64,000 bases of DNA, from NCBI GenBank assembly GCA_040389865.1, contig JAZJZM010000019.1:17423-81422 (forward strand). Direction: 5' to 3'. This DNA is from Bacteroidota bacterium. GTDB lineage: Bacteria > Bacteroidota > Bacteroidia > 2-12-FULL-35-15. Within the stretch, counting starts at the first letter, position 1. Each line of letters starts with the position of its first letter. A model generated the notes under the pieces. That model was given only the letters and a program-made list of their open reading frames with translations, did not search any database and had not been told where the DNA came from. Made by a program: the position numbers and the translations under genes. Shown here in pieces: positions 40,677 to 50,518 of the stretch.

Positions 40677-41110
40677 TGAAAAACGAAAGCAAAATAAAAC
40701 TTTTCCTCGTAGATGACGATGCATTGTTTTTAAAATCCTTGGAAATTGAGTTTCTGGAACACGCGGATTTTACAATTGAAACATATTCAACAGGTGAACT
40801 TTGCCTTAAAAATATATCTCACAGCCCTGATGTGATCATTTTAGATTATCACCTTGATGGCATCGATAAAAATGCGATGAATGGAATGGAAACATTGGAT
40901 AAAATAAAAGCTTCCCATCCTGATATTCCTGTAATAATGCTATCTTCTCAGGATAAAATTGATGTTGCCATAAACTGTATGCATCACAGAGCCTTTGATT
41001 ATGTGGTGAAAAGCGAAACCGCTTTCATGCGTCTGCAAAAGATCATCACAACTATTTTCCGTTATAAAAAAATGGAAAAAGAATTAAGTTGGTATATGGA
41101 TAGGATGTAA
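40676..41110 (+). CDS. Single-domain response regulator (REC)
   Basis: 'KLFLVDDDALFL', 'ILDYHLDG..MNGMETLDKIK' and 'FDYVVKS'. The ATG overlaps the kinase stop (TAATG), implying translational coupling. Confidence 0.85.
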   Translation: MKNESKIKLFLVDDDALFLKSLEIEFLEHADFTIETYSTGELCLKNISHSPDVIILDYHLDGIDKNAMNGMETLDKIKASHPDIPVIMLSSQDKIDVAINCMHHRAFDYVVKSETAFMRLQKIITTIFRYKKMEKELSWYMDRM

Positions 41111-41433
41111 TTTATGTATTTAATTCATTAATGCAATATTTGGGATTTGTTTGCCAGATAAATATATGGTAAACATAAAATTAGGAGCGTTGCCTACAAA
41201 GCAGGGCTCCTTTTTATTAATATCAAAACTAAATGGCTTTAAAAGGCGCGAGTTTGTGGTAAAGATATAGCAAATTATAAAGCTGAAATTGCAATGTAAT
41301 TGTCATTGATCAACGTTAGTTCAACACTTTATTTTTGTATCTTCGTTAAGTACAACTTTTTTTAGGATTAAAAGTCCATTCCCGCTCCCTTGATCAATAA
41401 GTACAAAATTAATGTTCAATAAATTAGATTATA

Positions 41434-44400
41434 ATGAGATCGATCGCTACCACTAAAAAGAAGAAATCACCAACCAAAAAAAATGTTGAAGATCATTCTT
41501 TTCCTATCGTGGCTATTGGCGCTTCATTAGGTGGTTTAGAAGCGCTTACCTCTTTATTGAAAAATTTACCTTCCAATACCGGAATGGCATATATTTATGT
41601 GCAACACTTAAGCCCTGACCATAAAAGTTTACTAACTTCTATAGTATCCAAGATAACTAAAATGAAAGTTCAGGAGATAGAGGATATGGCGCACATGGCT
41701 CCGGATAATGTGTATGTGATCCCCTATAATAAAATAATTAAAGTTACTGACGGACACATTAAATTGCTTCCCCGTCCAAAAAGCAGTTCTGCCATTTCCA
41801 TTGATGTTCTGTTCTCGTCACTTGCTAAAACGCATAAAAAGAATGTTATTGGTGTGATCCTTTCTGGCAGCGGCACTGATGGTACAAACGGATTAAAAGC
41901 GATCAAAAAAGCGGGAGGAATGACAATTGCACAAGATGATTCCGCGCAAGCAAACAGTATGCCCAACTCGGCTATTGCCTCTAATGTTGTTGATTTTATT
42001 TTATCTCCTAAAGAAATTGCCGGGCATTTAGCAACATTTAGCAAAAATGATTTTTTGAAACCTGACCTTGAAAGTAAACAGAAAGAAGAAGTTAGTGAAA
42101 ATAGTAATCATGATCTGAAAACTATTTTCGGAATTTTATTTAAAAAAACCGGTGTGGACTTCAATCATTATAAGATGTCCACCATTAAAAGGCGATTGAA
42201 CAATAAAATGCTTCAATGCGGAGTAAAAACAGTAAAGGAATATGTAAAATTATTGCTCAAAAAAAACAGTGAGGTTGATCTTCTTTACAAGGATCTGCTT
42301 ATTAACGTAACTAGTTTTTATAGAGATAAGGACGCATTTCAGTATTTAAAAACAACCTTGTTTCCAAAGCTTCTTGAGGGTAAAGCACCGGGAGAAGTAA
42401 TTCGGATATGGATTCCAGCCTGCTCTACCGGTCAGGAAGCTTATTCCATTGCCATGATGCTGACTGAGCTGCAGGAAAATAAAAAAAAGAAAATACCTTT
42501 CCAGATCTTTGGTACCGATCTTAGCGATCAGGCAATTAGTGCTGCACGCAAAGCCGAATATTCGGCAAGTGATCTTATTCCTATTTCAAAGAAATTCAAA
42601 GATCGTTACTTTACTAAAACGGGTGACAACTACCGTATTGTTAAAGAGCTTCGCGAATTGTGTGTATTTGCTCCTCATAATATTCTGCGCGATCCACCTT
42701 TTTCACGTATGGATTTTATCAGTTGTCGCAATCTTCTTATTTATTTTGATTCTTCTGCACAGAAACGGGTTTTTTCAATCCTGCATTTTGCTTTGAATAA
42801 CCAGGGGAGTTTAATGCTTGGTCAAGCAGAAACGGTAGGCACGTCTTCTCAGCTTTTTATCACTACAAATGCTAAATTTAAGATTTACTCTCGTAAAAAG
42901 AGTACCGGAGTGAGGAAGATACTTGAATTAACACCACATTTTCCGCGTACAAATTTTTATAGTAAAAAAATAAACACACCTGTTAAAAGTTTGAGCGTAA
43001 ATTTAATGGGTGTTGAGAATGCTATTGATTCTGCTATTCTCTCAAAGTACATGCCTGCGTGTGCAGTTATAAACAAGGACATGGAAATTCTCCAGTTCAG
43101 AGGACCGATCTCTTTATTTCTCGCACATCCTTCCGGCAAAGCAAGTCTAAATATTTTAAAAATGACAAGACCTGAATTTGCCTTTGAACTTCGTAATGCA
43201 ATTCAAAAAGTAATAAAAACAAAACAGTCGGTGCAAAAAGCGGGCATCGAAATTAAGGTCGAGTCTGTTTTTCGTATGATGTCTTTGGAAGTTTCTCTTC
43301 TTAAGATTGATTGGGACGAGCCATTGCTACTTATTGTTTTTACATTACAGGAACAGGTTGAAAAATTTATTGAAATTGGTAATAGCGGGAAAAGCAATTC
43401 GATCCATGATGCCCAAAGAATAGTAAAGCTGACCGAGGAGTTGAACAATACCCGGATGGAAATAAATTCCATTATCGAATCGCAAGAAGCTACTTTCGAG
43501 GAATTACAAGCAGCCAATGAAGAAATTGTTTCAAGTAATGAAGAGTTTCAAACCTTAAATGAAGAACTTGAAACATCGAAAGAAGAAATTGAGACTACCA
43601 ATGAAGAGCTAATTTCTATCAATCAGGAATTACAAATGCGTAATGATCTTTTAACAGAATCGCATGAGTATTCGGAGGCCATCATTGCTACCATCCATGA
43701 GCCTATGCTTGTGCTAAACAAGGACTTTATTATACAATCCGCCAATAAATCGTATTATAAAAAATTTCTTGTTAAAAAAGAAGAAACGGAAAAGAAATTG
43801 TTTTTTGAATTAGGAAATAAGCAATGGAATATTCCAAAACTTCGTGAGGTGTTAAATGATATTCTTACCAAAAACAAGAGTTTTGAAAATTTTGAAGTGA
43901 CACATGCATTCCCGGGAATAGGCGAAAAAATAATGTTGCTTAATGCACATCTTGTCCTTCAAAAAGAGAACAGAGAACAACTAATTCTGCTTGCCATTGC
44001 TGATGTTTCCGAGTTAAGGAGATTGAGTATAGAGCTCAAAGTGAAAGACGCTAAAGTATTAAAAAACGAAGAGAAAGGGAAATGGGCGGCAGAGTTAGTT
44101 ATTGCCAACAAAGAACTTGCCTTTCAAAATGAGGAGAAAGAAAAACGAGCAGAGGAGTTGATCATTGCCAATAAAGAACTTGTTTTCCAGAACAATGAAA
44201 AAGAAAAACGTGCTGCGGAGTTGGTCATTGCAAACAAAGAACTTGCTTTTCAAAATGATGAAAAAGAAAAACGTGCTGCCGAGTTAGTAATTGCAAACAA
44301 AGAGCTTGCATTTCAAAACGAAGTGAAAGAAAAACGAGCTGCTGAGTTGGTTATTGCAAACAAAGAACTTGCTTTTCAAAATGATGAGAAGGAGAAACGT

Positions 44401-46944
44401 GCAGCCGAGTTAGTTATTGCAAACAAAGAACTTTTATTTCAGGCAGGCGAGAAAGAAAAACGAGCAGCCGAGTTAGCCATTGCAAAAATAGAACTTGACT
44501 TTCAAAATAAAGAGAAAGAAAAACGGGAAATTGTAAATAAAGAACTTGAAGCGTTCAGTAATGCAACTAAATTAGCATCTCAATATTCTCGAAGTTTGAT
44601 CGAAGCAAGTTTAGATCCGCTTGTTACTATCAGTGCAGAAGGAAAGATATTGGATGTAAATAATGCATCGATAAAAGTGACGGGTGTTCCACGTGATAAA
44701 CTCATTGGCACTGATTTCTCCCGTTATTTTACAGAACCATTAAAAGCACAAGAAGGCTATAAGCAGGTTTTTGAAAAAGGATCTGTGTCGGATTATCCTT
44801 TAACAATAAAACATAAAAATGGAAACTTAACGGATGTATTGTACAATGCATCTGTTTATAAAGATGAGAAAGGTAATGTTCTTGGAGTTTTTGCTGCTGC
44901 ACGTGATATAACCGAACAAAAAAGAATTGAAGTTGATCTGGGTAAAAGTTTAAAGGAAATTTCGGATTACAAATATGCACTTGATGAATTTTCTATTGTT
45001 GCCATCACAGACCAGAAGGGAATTATCAAACATGCAAATGACAACTTTTGCAAAGTTTCAAAATTCACGAGAGAGGAATTAATAGGCGCGGATCATCGCA
45101 TTATTAATTCCGGCCATCATCCGAAAGAATTTATCAATGATTTATGGACAACAATTGCCAATGGCGGGATTTGGAGAGGTGAATTAAAAAATGCGGCAAA
45201 GGATGGAACTATTTATTGGGTGAATACTACTATTGTTCCTTTCCTGAATGAACAAGGAAAACCTTACCAGTATGTTGCAGTAAGAACGGACATTACCGAT
45301 CAAAAAAGAATAGAAACAGAATTGATAGAAGCAAAAGTGTTTGCTGAGTTGGCAACCGGTATTGCAGAAGAAGCCCAGAGCAAGGCGGAAAGCGCTACAT
45401 TAATAGCTGAAGATGCGGTGAAAGCGAAACAGCAGTTTTTATCAAACATGAGTCATGAAATCCGCACACCAATGAATGCGATCATTGGATTTACCAAAGT
45501 GGTATTGAAAACAGATCTAACGACAAAACAAAAGGAATATCTTTCAGCGATAAAAATGAGTGGTGATGCATTGATCGTACTTATAAACGATATCCTTGAT
45601 TTGGCAAAGGTAGATGCAGGCAAAATGACATTTGAGAAAACACCTTTCAAAATGGAGTCTTCCATTTCAGCGATGCTCCATTTGTTTGAGACAAAAATTC
45701 AGGAAAAGAATTTGGAATTAGTTAAAAAATACGATAGTAATATTCCTCAAGTGTTAATAGGTGACCCGGTTCGCCTGCATCAGATCATTTTAAATTTGGT
45801 GAGTAATGCAGTGAAATTTACAACAAAAGGGAAAATTACTGTTAGTGTTCTTCTATTAACTGAAGATGAAAATAATGCAAGCCTGGAATTTGCGGTTTCG
45901 GATACCGGAATAGGCATAGATGGAAACAAAATAGAACATATTTTTGAAAATTTTCAGCAAGCTTCAAGCAGCACTTCAAGGTTGTTTGGTGGGACAGGTT
46001 TAGGCTTGGCCATTGTAAAACAATTGGTAGAACCTCAGGGAGGTAGCATTAGGGTGAAAAGTAAAATTGGTGAAGGTTCTACTTTTAGTTTTATATTAAA
46101 TTTTCAAAAAACAAAGGCTGAAGCAGAATTAGAAACAGAAATGCTGGAGTTGGATACTGAGATCAAAAACATAAAAGTATTAGTGGTTGAAGATATTCCA
46201 CTTAATCAACTATTGATGAAAACACTATTGGATGATTTTGGATTTGAACGTGATATCGCTTCAAATGGAAAAATTGCCATCGAAAAGCTGCAAACTAAAT
46301 CGTATGATATTATTTTGATGGATCTGCAGATGCCTGAAATGAATGGATTTGAAGCAACAGAATACATTCGTAATAAAATGAATTCTAAGATCCCTATTAT
46401 GGCTTTAACGGCCGATGTGACCACCGTTGATCTGGAAAAGTGCAGAGCCGTTGGGATGAACGATTACATTGCAAAACCCGTTGATGAAAAATTATTGTAC
46501 AGTAAAATAATTAGTTTAGTAAAAAAGCGAATGCCTTTAAAAACGAAGGAATCTATTGGAAATGAAAATAATTTCAATGAAAAATTAAAATGCACTGACC
46601 TGAAATATTTAATAAAACGCACAAAAAATAGTCCGAAATTAATGATGGAAATGATCTCACTTTATTTGGAACAAACTCCACCTTTAATCAACTCAATGAA
46701 AAAAAGCGTGCAGGATAAAGATTGGGATTCGCTATACGCAGCAGTGCATAAAATGATACCATCCTTTTCAATAATGGGTATGAGTATTGATATTGAAAAT
46801 ACAGCAAAAAGAGTTCAGGAATACGCAGGTACAAAACAACGAACTGAAGAAATTTCAGGCTTGGTTTTACATCTCGAAAAAGTTTGTGCACAAGCATGTA
46901 AAGAATTGGAACTGGACTATACGAATTTTAAAAATGCTGGCTAG
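41434..46944 (+). CDS. CheB methylesterase - CheR methyltransferase fusion to a PAS/hybrid histidine kinase (1,836 aa)
   Basis: CheB motifs 'IVAIGASLGGLEAL' and 'ILSGSGTDGTNGLKAIKKAGGMTIAQD'. CheR SAM-site motif 'IRIWIPACSTGQEAYSIAMML'. An 'EEL(Q/E)(S/T).NEEL' heptad linker. 7 x 21-aa repeats. 3 PAS. H-box 'SHEIRTPMNAIIGF'. HATPase_c, REC, HPt. Confidence 0.9.
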   Translation: MRSIATTKKKKSPTKKNVEDHSFPIVAIGASLGGLEALTSLLKNLPSNTGMAYIYVQHLSPDHKSLLTSIVSKITKMKVQEIEDMAHMAPDNVYVIPYNKIIKVTDGHIKLLPRPKSSSAISIDVLFSSLAKTHKKNVIGVILSGSGTDGTNGLKAIKKAGGMTIAQDDSAQANSMPNSAIASNVVDFILSPKEIAGHLATFSKNDFLKPDLESKQKEEVSENSNHDLKTIFGILFKKTGVDFNHYKMSTIKRRLNNKMLQCGVKTVKEYVKLLLKKNSEVDLLYKDLLINVTSFYRDKDAFQYLKTTLFPKLLEGKAPGEVIRIWIPACSTGQEAYSIAMMLTELQENKKKKIPFQIFGTDLSDQAISAARKAEYSASDLIPISKKFKDRYFTKTGDNYRIVKELRELCVFAPHNILRDPPFSRMDFISCRNLLIYFDSSAQKRVFSILHFALNNQGSLMLGQAETVGTSSQLFITTNAKFKIYSRKKSTGVRKILELTPHFPRTNFYSKKINTPVKSLSVNLMGVENAIDSAILSKYMPACAVINKDMEILQFRGPISLFLAHPSGKASLNILKMTRPEFAFELRNAIQKVIKTKQSVQKAGIEIKVESVFRMMSLEVSLLKIDWDEPLLLIVFTLQEQVEKFIEIGNSGKSNSIHDAQRIVKLTEELNNTRMEINSIIESQEATFEELQAANEEIVSSNEEFQTLNEELETSKEEIETTNEELISINQELQMRNDLLTESHEYSEAIIATIHEPMLVLNKDFIIQSANKSYYKKFLVKKEETEKKLFFELGNKQWNIPKLREVLNDILTKNKSFENFEVTHAFPGIGEKIMLLNAHLVLQKENREQLILLAIADVSELRRLSIELKVKDAKVLKNEEKGKWAAELVIANKELAFQNEEKEKRAEELIIANKELVFQNNEKEKRAAELVIANKELAFQNDEKEKRAAELVIANKELAFQNEVKEKRAAELVIANKELAFQNDEKEKRAAELVIANKELLFQAGEKEKRAAELAIAKIELDFQNKEKEKREIVNKELEAFSNATKLASQYSRSLIEASLDPLVTISAEGKILDVNNASIKVTGVPRDKLIGTDFSRYFTEPLKAQEGYKQVFEKGSVSDYPLTIKHKNGNLTDVLYNASVYKDEKGNVLGVFAAARDITEQKRIEVDLGKSLKEISDYKYALDEFSIVAITDQKGIIKHANDNFCKVSKFTREELIGADHRIINSGHHPKEFINDLWTTIANGGIWRGELKNAAKDGTIYWVNTTIVPFLNEQGKPYQYVAVRTDITDQKRIETELIEAKVFAELATGIAEEAQSKAESATLIAEDAVKAKQQFLSNMSHEIRTPMNAIIGFTKVVLKTDLTTKQKEYLSAIKMSGDALIVLINDILDLAKVDAGKMTFEKTPFKMESSISAMLHLFETKIQEKNLELVKKYDSNIPQVLIGDPVRLHQIILNLVSNAVKFTTKGKITVSVLLLTEDENNASLEFAVSDTGIGIDGNKIEHIFENFQQASSSTSRLFGGTGLGLAIVKQLVEPQGGSIRVKSKIGEGSTFSFILNFQKTKAEAELETEMLELDTEIKNIKVLVVEDIPLNQLLMKTLLDDFGFERDIASNGKIAIEKLQTKSYDIILMDLQMPEMNGFEATEYIRNKMNSKIPIMALTADVTTVDLEKCRAVGMNDYIAKPVDEKLLYSKIISLVKKRMPLKTKESIGNENNFNEKLKCTDLKYLIKRTKNSPKLMMEMISLYLEQTPPLINSMKKSVQDKDWDSLYAAVHKMIPSFSIMGMSIDIENTAKRVQEYAGTKQRTEEISGLVLHLEKVCAQACKELELDYTNFKNAG
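44087..44535 (+). repeat. 63-bp tandem repeat array (7 units); paralogous to 37296-38304
   Basis: 'AELVIANKELAFQNEEKEKRA' units. The nucleotide sequence is near-identical to the repeat units of the first kinase. Confidence 0.9.
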
Positions 46945-47113
46945 TCTTATGTTAAAATGATTTTGATGTCATTCCAACCGAAGTGGAGGAATCTTTTAAT
47001 TGATTACAAGATGCTTTGACTTGCTCAGCTTAACTTTTTGCATCATTTTATAATTACATAACACTAGGAATCATTAAGTTTATTTAAAAAATAAAATTCC
47101 CTTTGGACTTTGC

Positions 47114-48139
47114 TTATTTAATTTTCCAGCGCTTAGTTCTCCAATCATTTTGTTCGGTCTTATTTAAAAAGGTCCATGCTACAATACGGCTTACTTTTTG
47201 CCCCTGAGCCATCTCAATAGTTTTTACATAAAGTGCTTTTACTTTTTGAAGTGCTCTGTATACTGCAGGAAGATTGGATTTTTTAGAGATAAGTGTTGAA
47301 TACCAAAAACAGGTTGTTGGCAATTGAGCGCTTTGTTCTATCATTTTATTAACGAATGATTCTTCGCCTCCATTGCACCATAATTCAGTGTTTTGTCCGC
47401 CAAAATTCAAATCGGTTTTACTGTTTTTTTTAATACCTAAGTTTTTCCATTTTCGCTCGGTACCAGCTTCTGCTTCCGCTAAGGACGCATGGAAAGGAGG
47501 ATTACAAATTGTCATATCAAATACTTCACCCGGCTTTATAATGTCCCTGAAAATAGAGGATGAAGATTTCTGTAACCTGCATTCAACAGCTTCATTTAAA
47601 GGTTCATTTGCAGCAATGATTTGTTTGGCAGATCTTATCGCTGCTGGATCAATATCCGAGCCAACAAAATGCCAGCCGTATTCACTATGTCCTATAATAG
47701 GATATACACAATTGGCACCTACGCCAATATCAAGTACTTTAATGGACTTTCCTTGAGGGAGTGTTCCATTGTTGCAGGAGCTTAACAGATCGGCCATATA
47801 ATGGATATAATCCGCCCGGCCGGGAATAGGGGGACAAAGATAATTTGCAGGAATGTCCCAATTGGAGATGCTATAGAAATATTTTAATAATGCCTTATTT
47901 AGTGTTTTTACTGCAACAGGATCGCTAAAATCGATGGATTGATTATTATATTTATTAATGGAAACAAAAGCTCCAAGTTCAGGACAAGCAAGGCTAAGCT
48001 GGTCGAAGTCGTATCTAAAGCGGTGCTTGTTCCGGGGATGCAGATCGCTCTTTTCTAATGGAAATATTTTTGATTTTTCTGACAAAATAAATTGGCTCCG
48101 ATTGTTTTTGTTTTTTCCTTTTATCACATTCAAATGCAT
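47114..48139 (-). CDS. rlmF: 23S rRNA (adenine1618-N6)-methyltransferase RlmF
   Basis: '[16 protein letters not shown]' is an RlmF-type N-terminus. SAM motif '[16 protein letters not shown]'. Catalytic 'NPPFH'. Confidence 0.8.
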   Translation of the reverse strand: MHLNVIKGKNKNNRSQFILSEKSKIFPLEKSDLHPRNKHRFRYDFDQLSLACPELGAFVSINKYNNQSIDFSDPVAVKTLNKALLKYFYSISNWDIPANYLCPPIPGRADYIHYMADLLSSCNNGTLPQGKSIKVLDIGVGANCVYPIIGHSEYGWHFVGSDIDPAAIRSAKQIIAANEPLNEAVECRLQKSSSSIFRDIIKPGEVFDMTICNPPFHASLAEAEAGTERKWKNLGIKKNSKTDLNFGGQNTELWCNGGEESFVNKMIEQSAQLPTTCFWYSTLISKKSNLPAVYRALQKVKALYVKTIEMAQGQKVSRIVAWTFLNKTEQNDWRTKRWKIK

Positions 48140-48189
48140 TGTGAACGCTTTACAAAATTAATATTATTTTCGATCAAATATTTGTAATT

Positions 48190-48272
48190 GATTACAGGCA
48201 TCGCATCTCTTCTTGAAAAGACCTGATCGCAGTCATTTCGAGCCTGTCGAGAAACGCGCGTTAGCTTTCAAT
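48190..48272. repeat. ~80-bp direct repeat, copy 1 (core-repeat family, 'tcatttcgagc...cgagaaacg' type)
   Basis: 'caggcatcgcatctcttcttgaaaagacctgatcgcagtcatttcgagcctgtcgagaaacgcgcgttagctttca'. Confidence 0.8.
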
Positions 48273-48317
48273 GGTGAAGTTATAATGGCTCCAAAGTCAA
48301 TGCGCGCTGACATCTTG

Positions 48318-48397
48318 TGCTGATTGCAGGCATCTCTTCTTGAAAAGGCCCGTGCGCAGTCATTTCGAGCCTGTCGAGAAACGTGCGTTCGCTTTCA
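48318..48397. repeat. ~80-bp direct repeat, copy 2 (~90% identical to 48190-48272)
   Basis: 'caggcatctcttcttgaaaaggcccgtgcgcagtcatttcgagcctgtcgagaaacgtgcgttcgctttca'. It lies in the divergent rlmF/PLD intergenic region. Confidence 0.8.
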
Positions 48398-48476
48398 TAG
48401 GAATTTTTTATTTGGTCAAATAAAATTTAAGATGCTCCTAAAGATTTCATTATTTTTACAATTAGATAAAACCCAC

Positions 48477-50003
48477 ATGAAAAAGATCCTTTTCCTTTAT
48501 ACGATTCTACTTTACTCTTGTTCAACGGAAACAAAAAATGAGGAGAGTAAAGTTCCGGATTTTTGTTCTTCCATTCATTGTGAAACCTCACCCGGACTTT
48601 CAAAACAACTCGATTCTCTATCAGGCCTGATGCAGCATAAAACCGGAGTTTACACTTTAGAGGATGGCGATGGATCAATGGTAGCGAGAGCCTGGTTAAG
48701 TGAGAACGCAGAGAAAACCATTGATATTCAATATTTTATTTTCAGTGCTGATAATGTAGGTTTAATTGCTGCTGATTATCTCGTTCGCGCTGCCGATAGG
48801 GGCGTGAAGGTCAGGATCCTTGTGGATGATATTATGGTGGAGGCCGATGAAAATAAACTGCTGACTTTAAATTCTCATAAAAATATTTCCATCAAAATAT
48901 ATAATCCTACCACAAATGTTGGGAAAAATATATTCGAAAAAGTGAATAGTCTTACAACTAATTTCGTTGGAGCCAATCAACGGATGCATAACAAAACATT
49001 TACTGTGGATGGTAAAGTAGTAATTACAGGAGGCCGTAATATAGCGGACGAGTATTTTGATTATGACCACGAATATAATTTCCGCGATAGAGATGTTCTA
49101 TTGATCGGAGGAGTGGTAAATAAAGTGCAACGGTCTTTTAACGATTTCTGGAGCAGCCCTATAAGCAAGCCGGTGGAAGAGTTGGTTGATACATCGAAAT
49201 TTAATTTTAATGCCCCGGACCGGTTTGAATTGTTGCATCAGTATGCCTGTGATTCAAATAATTTTTGGCCCCAGGTTCGGGAAAAAATAAAAAACATACC
49301 GATCGTTTTTGAGGAGATACAAAGATCCGGAAAGCTTCAATGGGTGGATAGTGTTGTGTTTGTGAGCGACAGGCCTGGTAAAAATGATGGAACTCATGGC
49401 TTGGATGGGGGAGGGATCTGTACCACCGCTTTGATCAATTTAGTGAAGCATGCAAAAAAAACGATTGTGATTCAAACGCCTTATTTGATAACCACCCAAT
49501 TAGGGAAGAACCTTTTTCAGGAGGCTGTGGCGCGTGGTGTGGATGTTAAAATAATGACCAACAGTCTCGCATCTACAGATAATTTGGAAGCCTTCAGTGG
49601 TTATCAGCGCGACAGGAGGCTGCTTTTACAAACGGGGCTTAGGATATATGAATATAGGCCTGATGCTGCCATTCGTTATAAAATAATGACAGGCGCATTA
49701 CAAAAGGAAATAAATTATACTCCTGTGTTTGGTTTGCATGCAAAGTCAATGGTAATAGATGGAACAATAACTGTTATTGGTACGTTCAATCTTGACCCAC
49801 GAAGTGCGAATTTGAATACCGAATGTGTGACCGTTATTTATTCTTCAACTATTACTAAAGAAGTTTTAACGGGAATGGAAGAAGAGTTAAAGCCGGAAAA
49901 TTGCTGGGAAACTACAATGAAATTTAATCCTGATTCAAAAGCGGGCTTGAAAAAAAATTTAAAATTAATGCCCATGAAAATTATTCCCAAAGGCATTTTA
50001 TAA
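48477..50003 (+). CDS. Phospholipase D / cardiolipin-synthase-like protein with two HKD motifs; probable lipoprotein
   Basis: HKD motifs 'HNKTFTVDGKVVITGGRNIADEY' and 'HAKSMVIDGTITVIGTFNLDPRS'. The ATG at 48477 gives a signal peptide 'MKKILFLYTILLYSCS'. The ORF-track TTG start at 48324 runs through the repeat copy and is judged an artefact. Confidence 0.8.
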   Translation: MKKILFLYTILLYSCSTETKNEESKVPDFCSSIHCETSPGLSKQLDSLSGLMQHKTGVYTLEDGDGSMVARAWLSENAEKTIDIQYFIFSADNVGLIAADYLVRAADRGVKVRILVDDIMVEADENKLLTLNSHKNISIKIYNPTTNVGKNIFEKVNSLTTNFVGANQRMHNKTFTVDGKVVITGGRNIADEYFDYDHEYNFRDRDVLLIGGVVNKVQRSFNDFWSSPISKPVEELVDTSKFNFNAPDRFELLHQYACDSNNFWPQVREKIKNIPIVFEEIQRSGKLQWVDSVVFVSDRPGKNDGTHGLDGGGICTTALINLVKHAKKTIVIQTPYLITTQLGKNLFQEAVARGVDVKIMTNSLASTDNLEAFSGYQRDRRLLLQTGLRIYEYRPDAAIRYKIMTGALQKEINYTPVFGLHAKSMVIDGTITVIGTFNLDPRSANLNTECVTVIYSSTITKEVLTGMEEELKPENCWETTMKFNPDSKAGLKKNLKLMPMKIIPKGIL

Positions 50004-50098
50004 CCAACATTTCAGCAACCTCTGTCATTCCGGGCTTTTTCGCGAGGGATCTTGTTCTTGAATTACAAATCGTTAATGGTTGACAAGTGACCATTAAA

Positions 50099-50232
50099 AC
50101 CACATAGAGACATAGAAAGGGAGGTAAAAGGCGTAAACCAGAAAAAGAAAAGATAGTTTTTTCTCCGCCAAAGGCGAAGAAAATTATGTGATCCTATTAG
50201 TTTCCTTCAATTTTTGTTTCTATGTTTCTATG
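50099..50232. repeat. 134-bp element bounded by 20-bp inverted repeats (19/20 match), with an inner hairpin
   Basis: 'accacatagagacatagaaa' (50099-50118) versus 'tttctatgtttctatgtggt' (50213-50232). The inner hairpin is 'ttttctccgcc-aaa-ggcgaagaaaa'. It sits between the convergent PLD and CDGSH genes. Confidence 0.6.
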
Positions 50233-50243
50233 TGGTTAAATAA

Positions 50244-50465
50244 TTACTTCTTAGGAGGCAAAGCAAAAGCAATTGCTTCATGCTCAAAATGTCCATTGTG
50301 TGAACCATCACAAAAGGGTTTGTTTTTCGATAGCCCGCAACGACAGATCGAAACAACTTCTCTTCCTGCCAGATCATAAGCATTCCCATTTTTATCTACA
50401 ATTTCGAAATCACCTTCTAATCGGATAGAACCATTGTTGTTTACAGTAATTTTTGTTTTAGGCAT
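50244..50465 (-). CDS. CDGSH iron-sulfur domain protein
   Basis: 'CRCGLSKNKPFCDGSH' is a CDGSH-type 2Fe-2S motif. Confidence 0.8.
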   Translation of the reverse strand: MPKTKITVNNNGSIRLEGDFEIVDKNGNAYDLAGREVVSICRCGLSKNKPFCDGSHNGHFEHEAIAFALPPKK

Positions 50466-50518
50466 CTTAATTAATTTTTAATTTCGTTTTTTTACTTTAC
50501 CTTACTTCTTTCGAAAGC

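Noticed and set aside
48324-48476. The N-terminal 51 codons of the PLD-family ORF as given in the ORF track (TTG start at 48324)
   Set aside because: This stretch is the ~80-bp intergenic repeat copy 2 read in frame. A canonical ATG at 48477 gives a proper signal peptide/lipobox, so the extension is an ORF-calling artefact.
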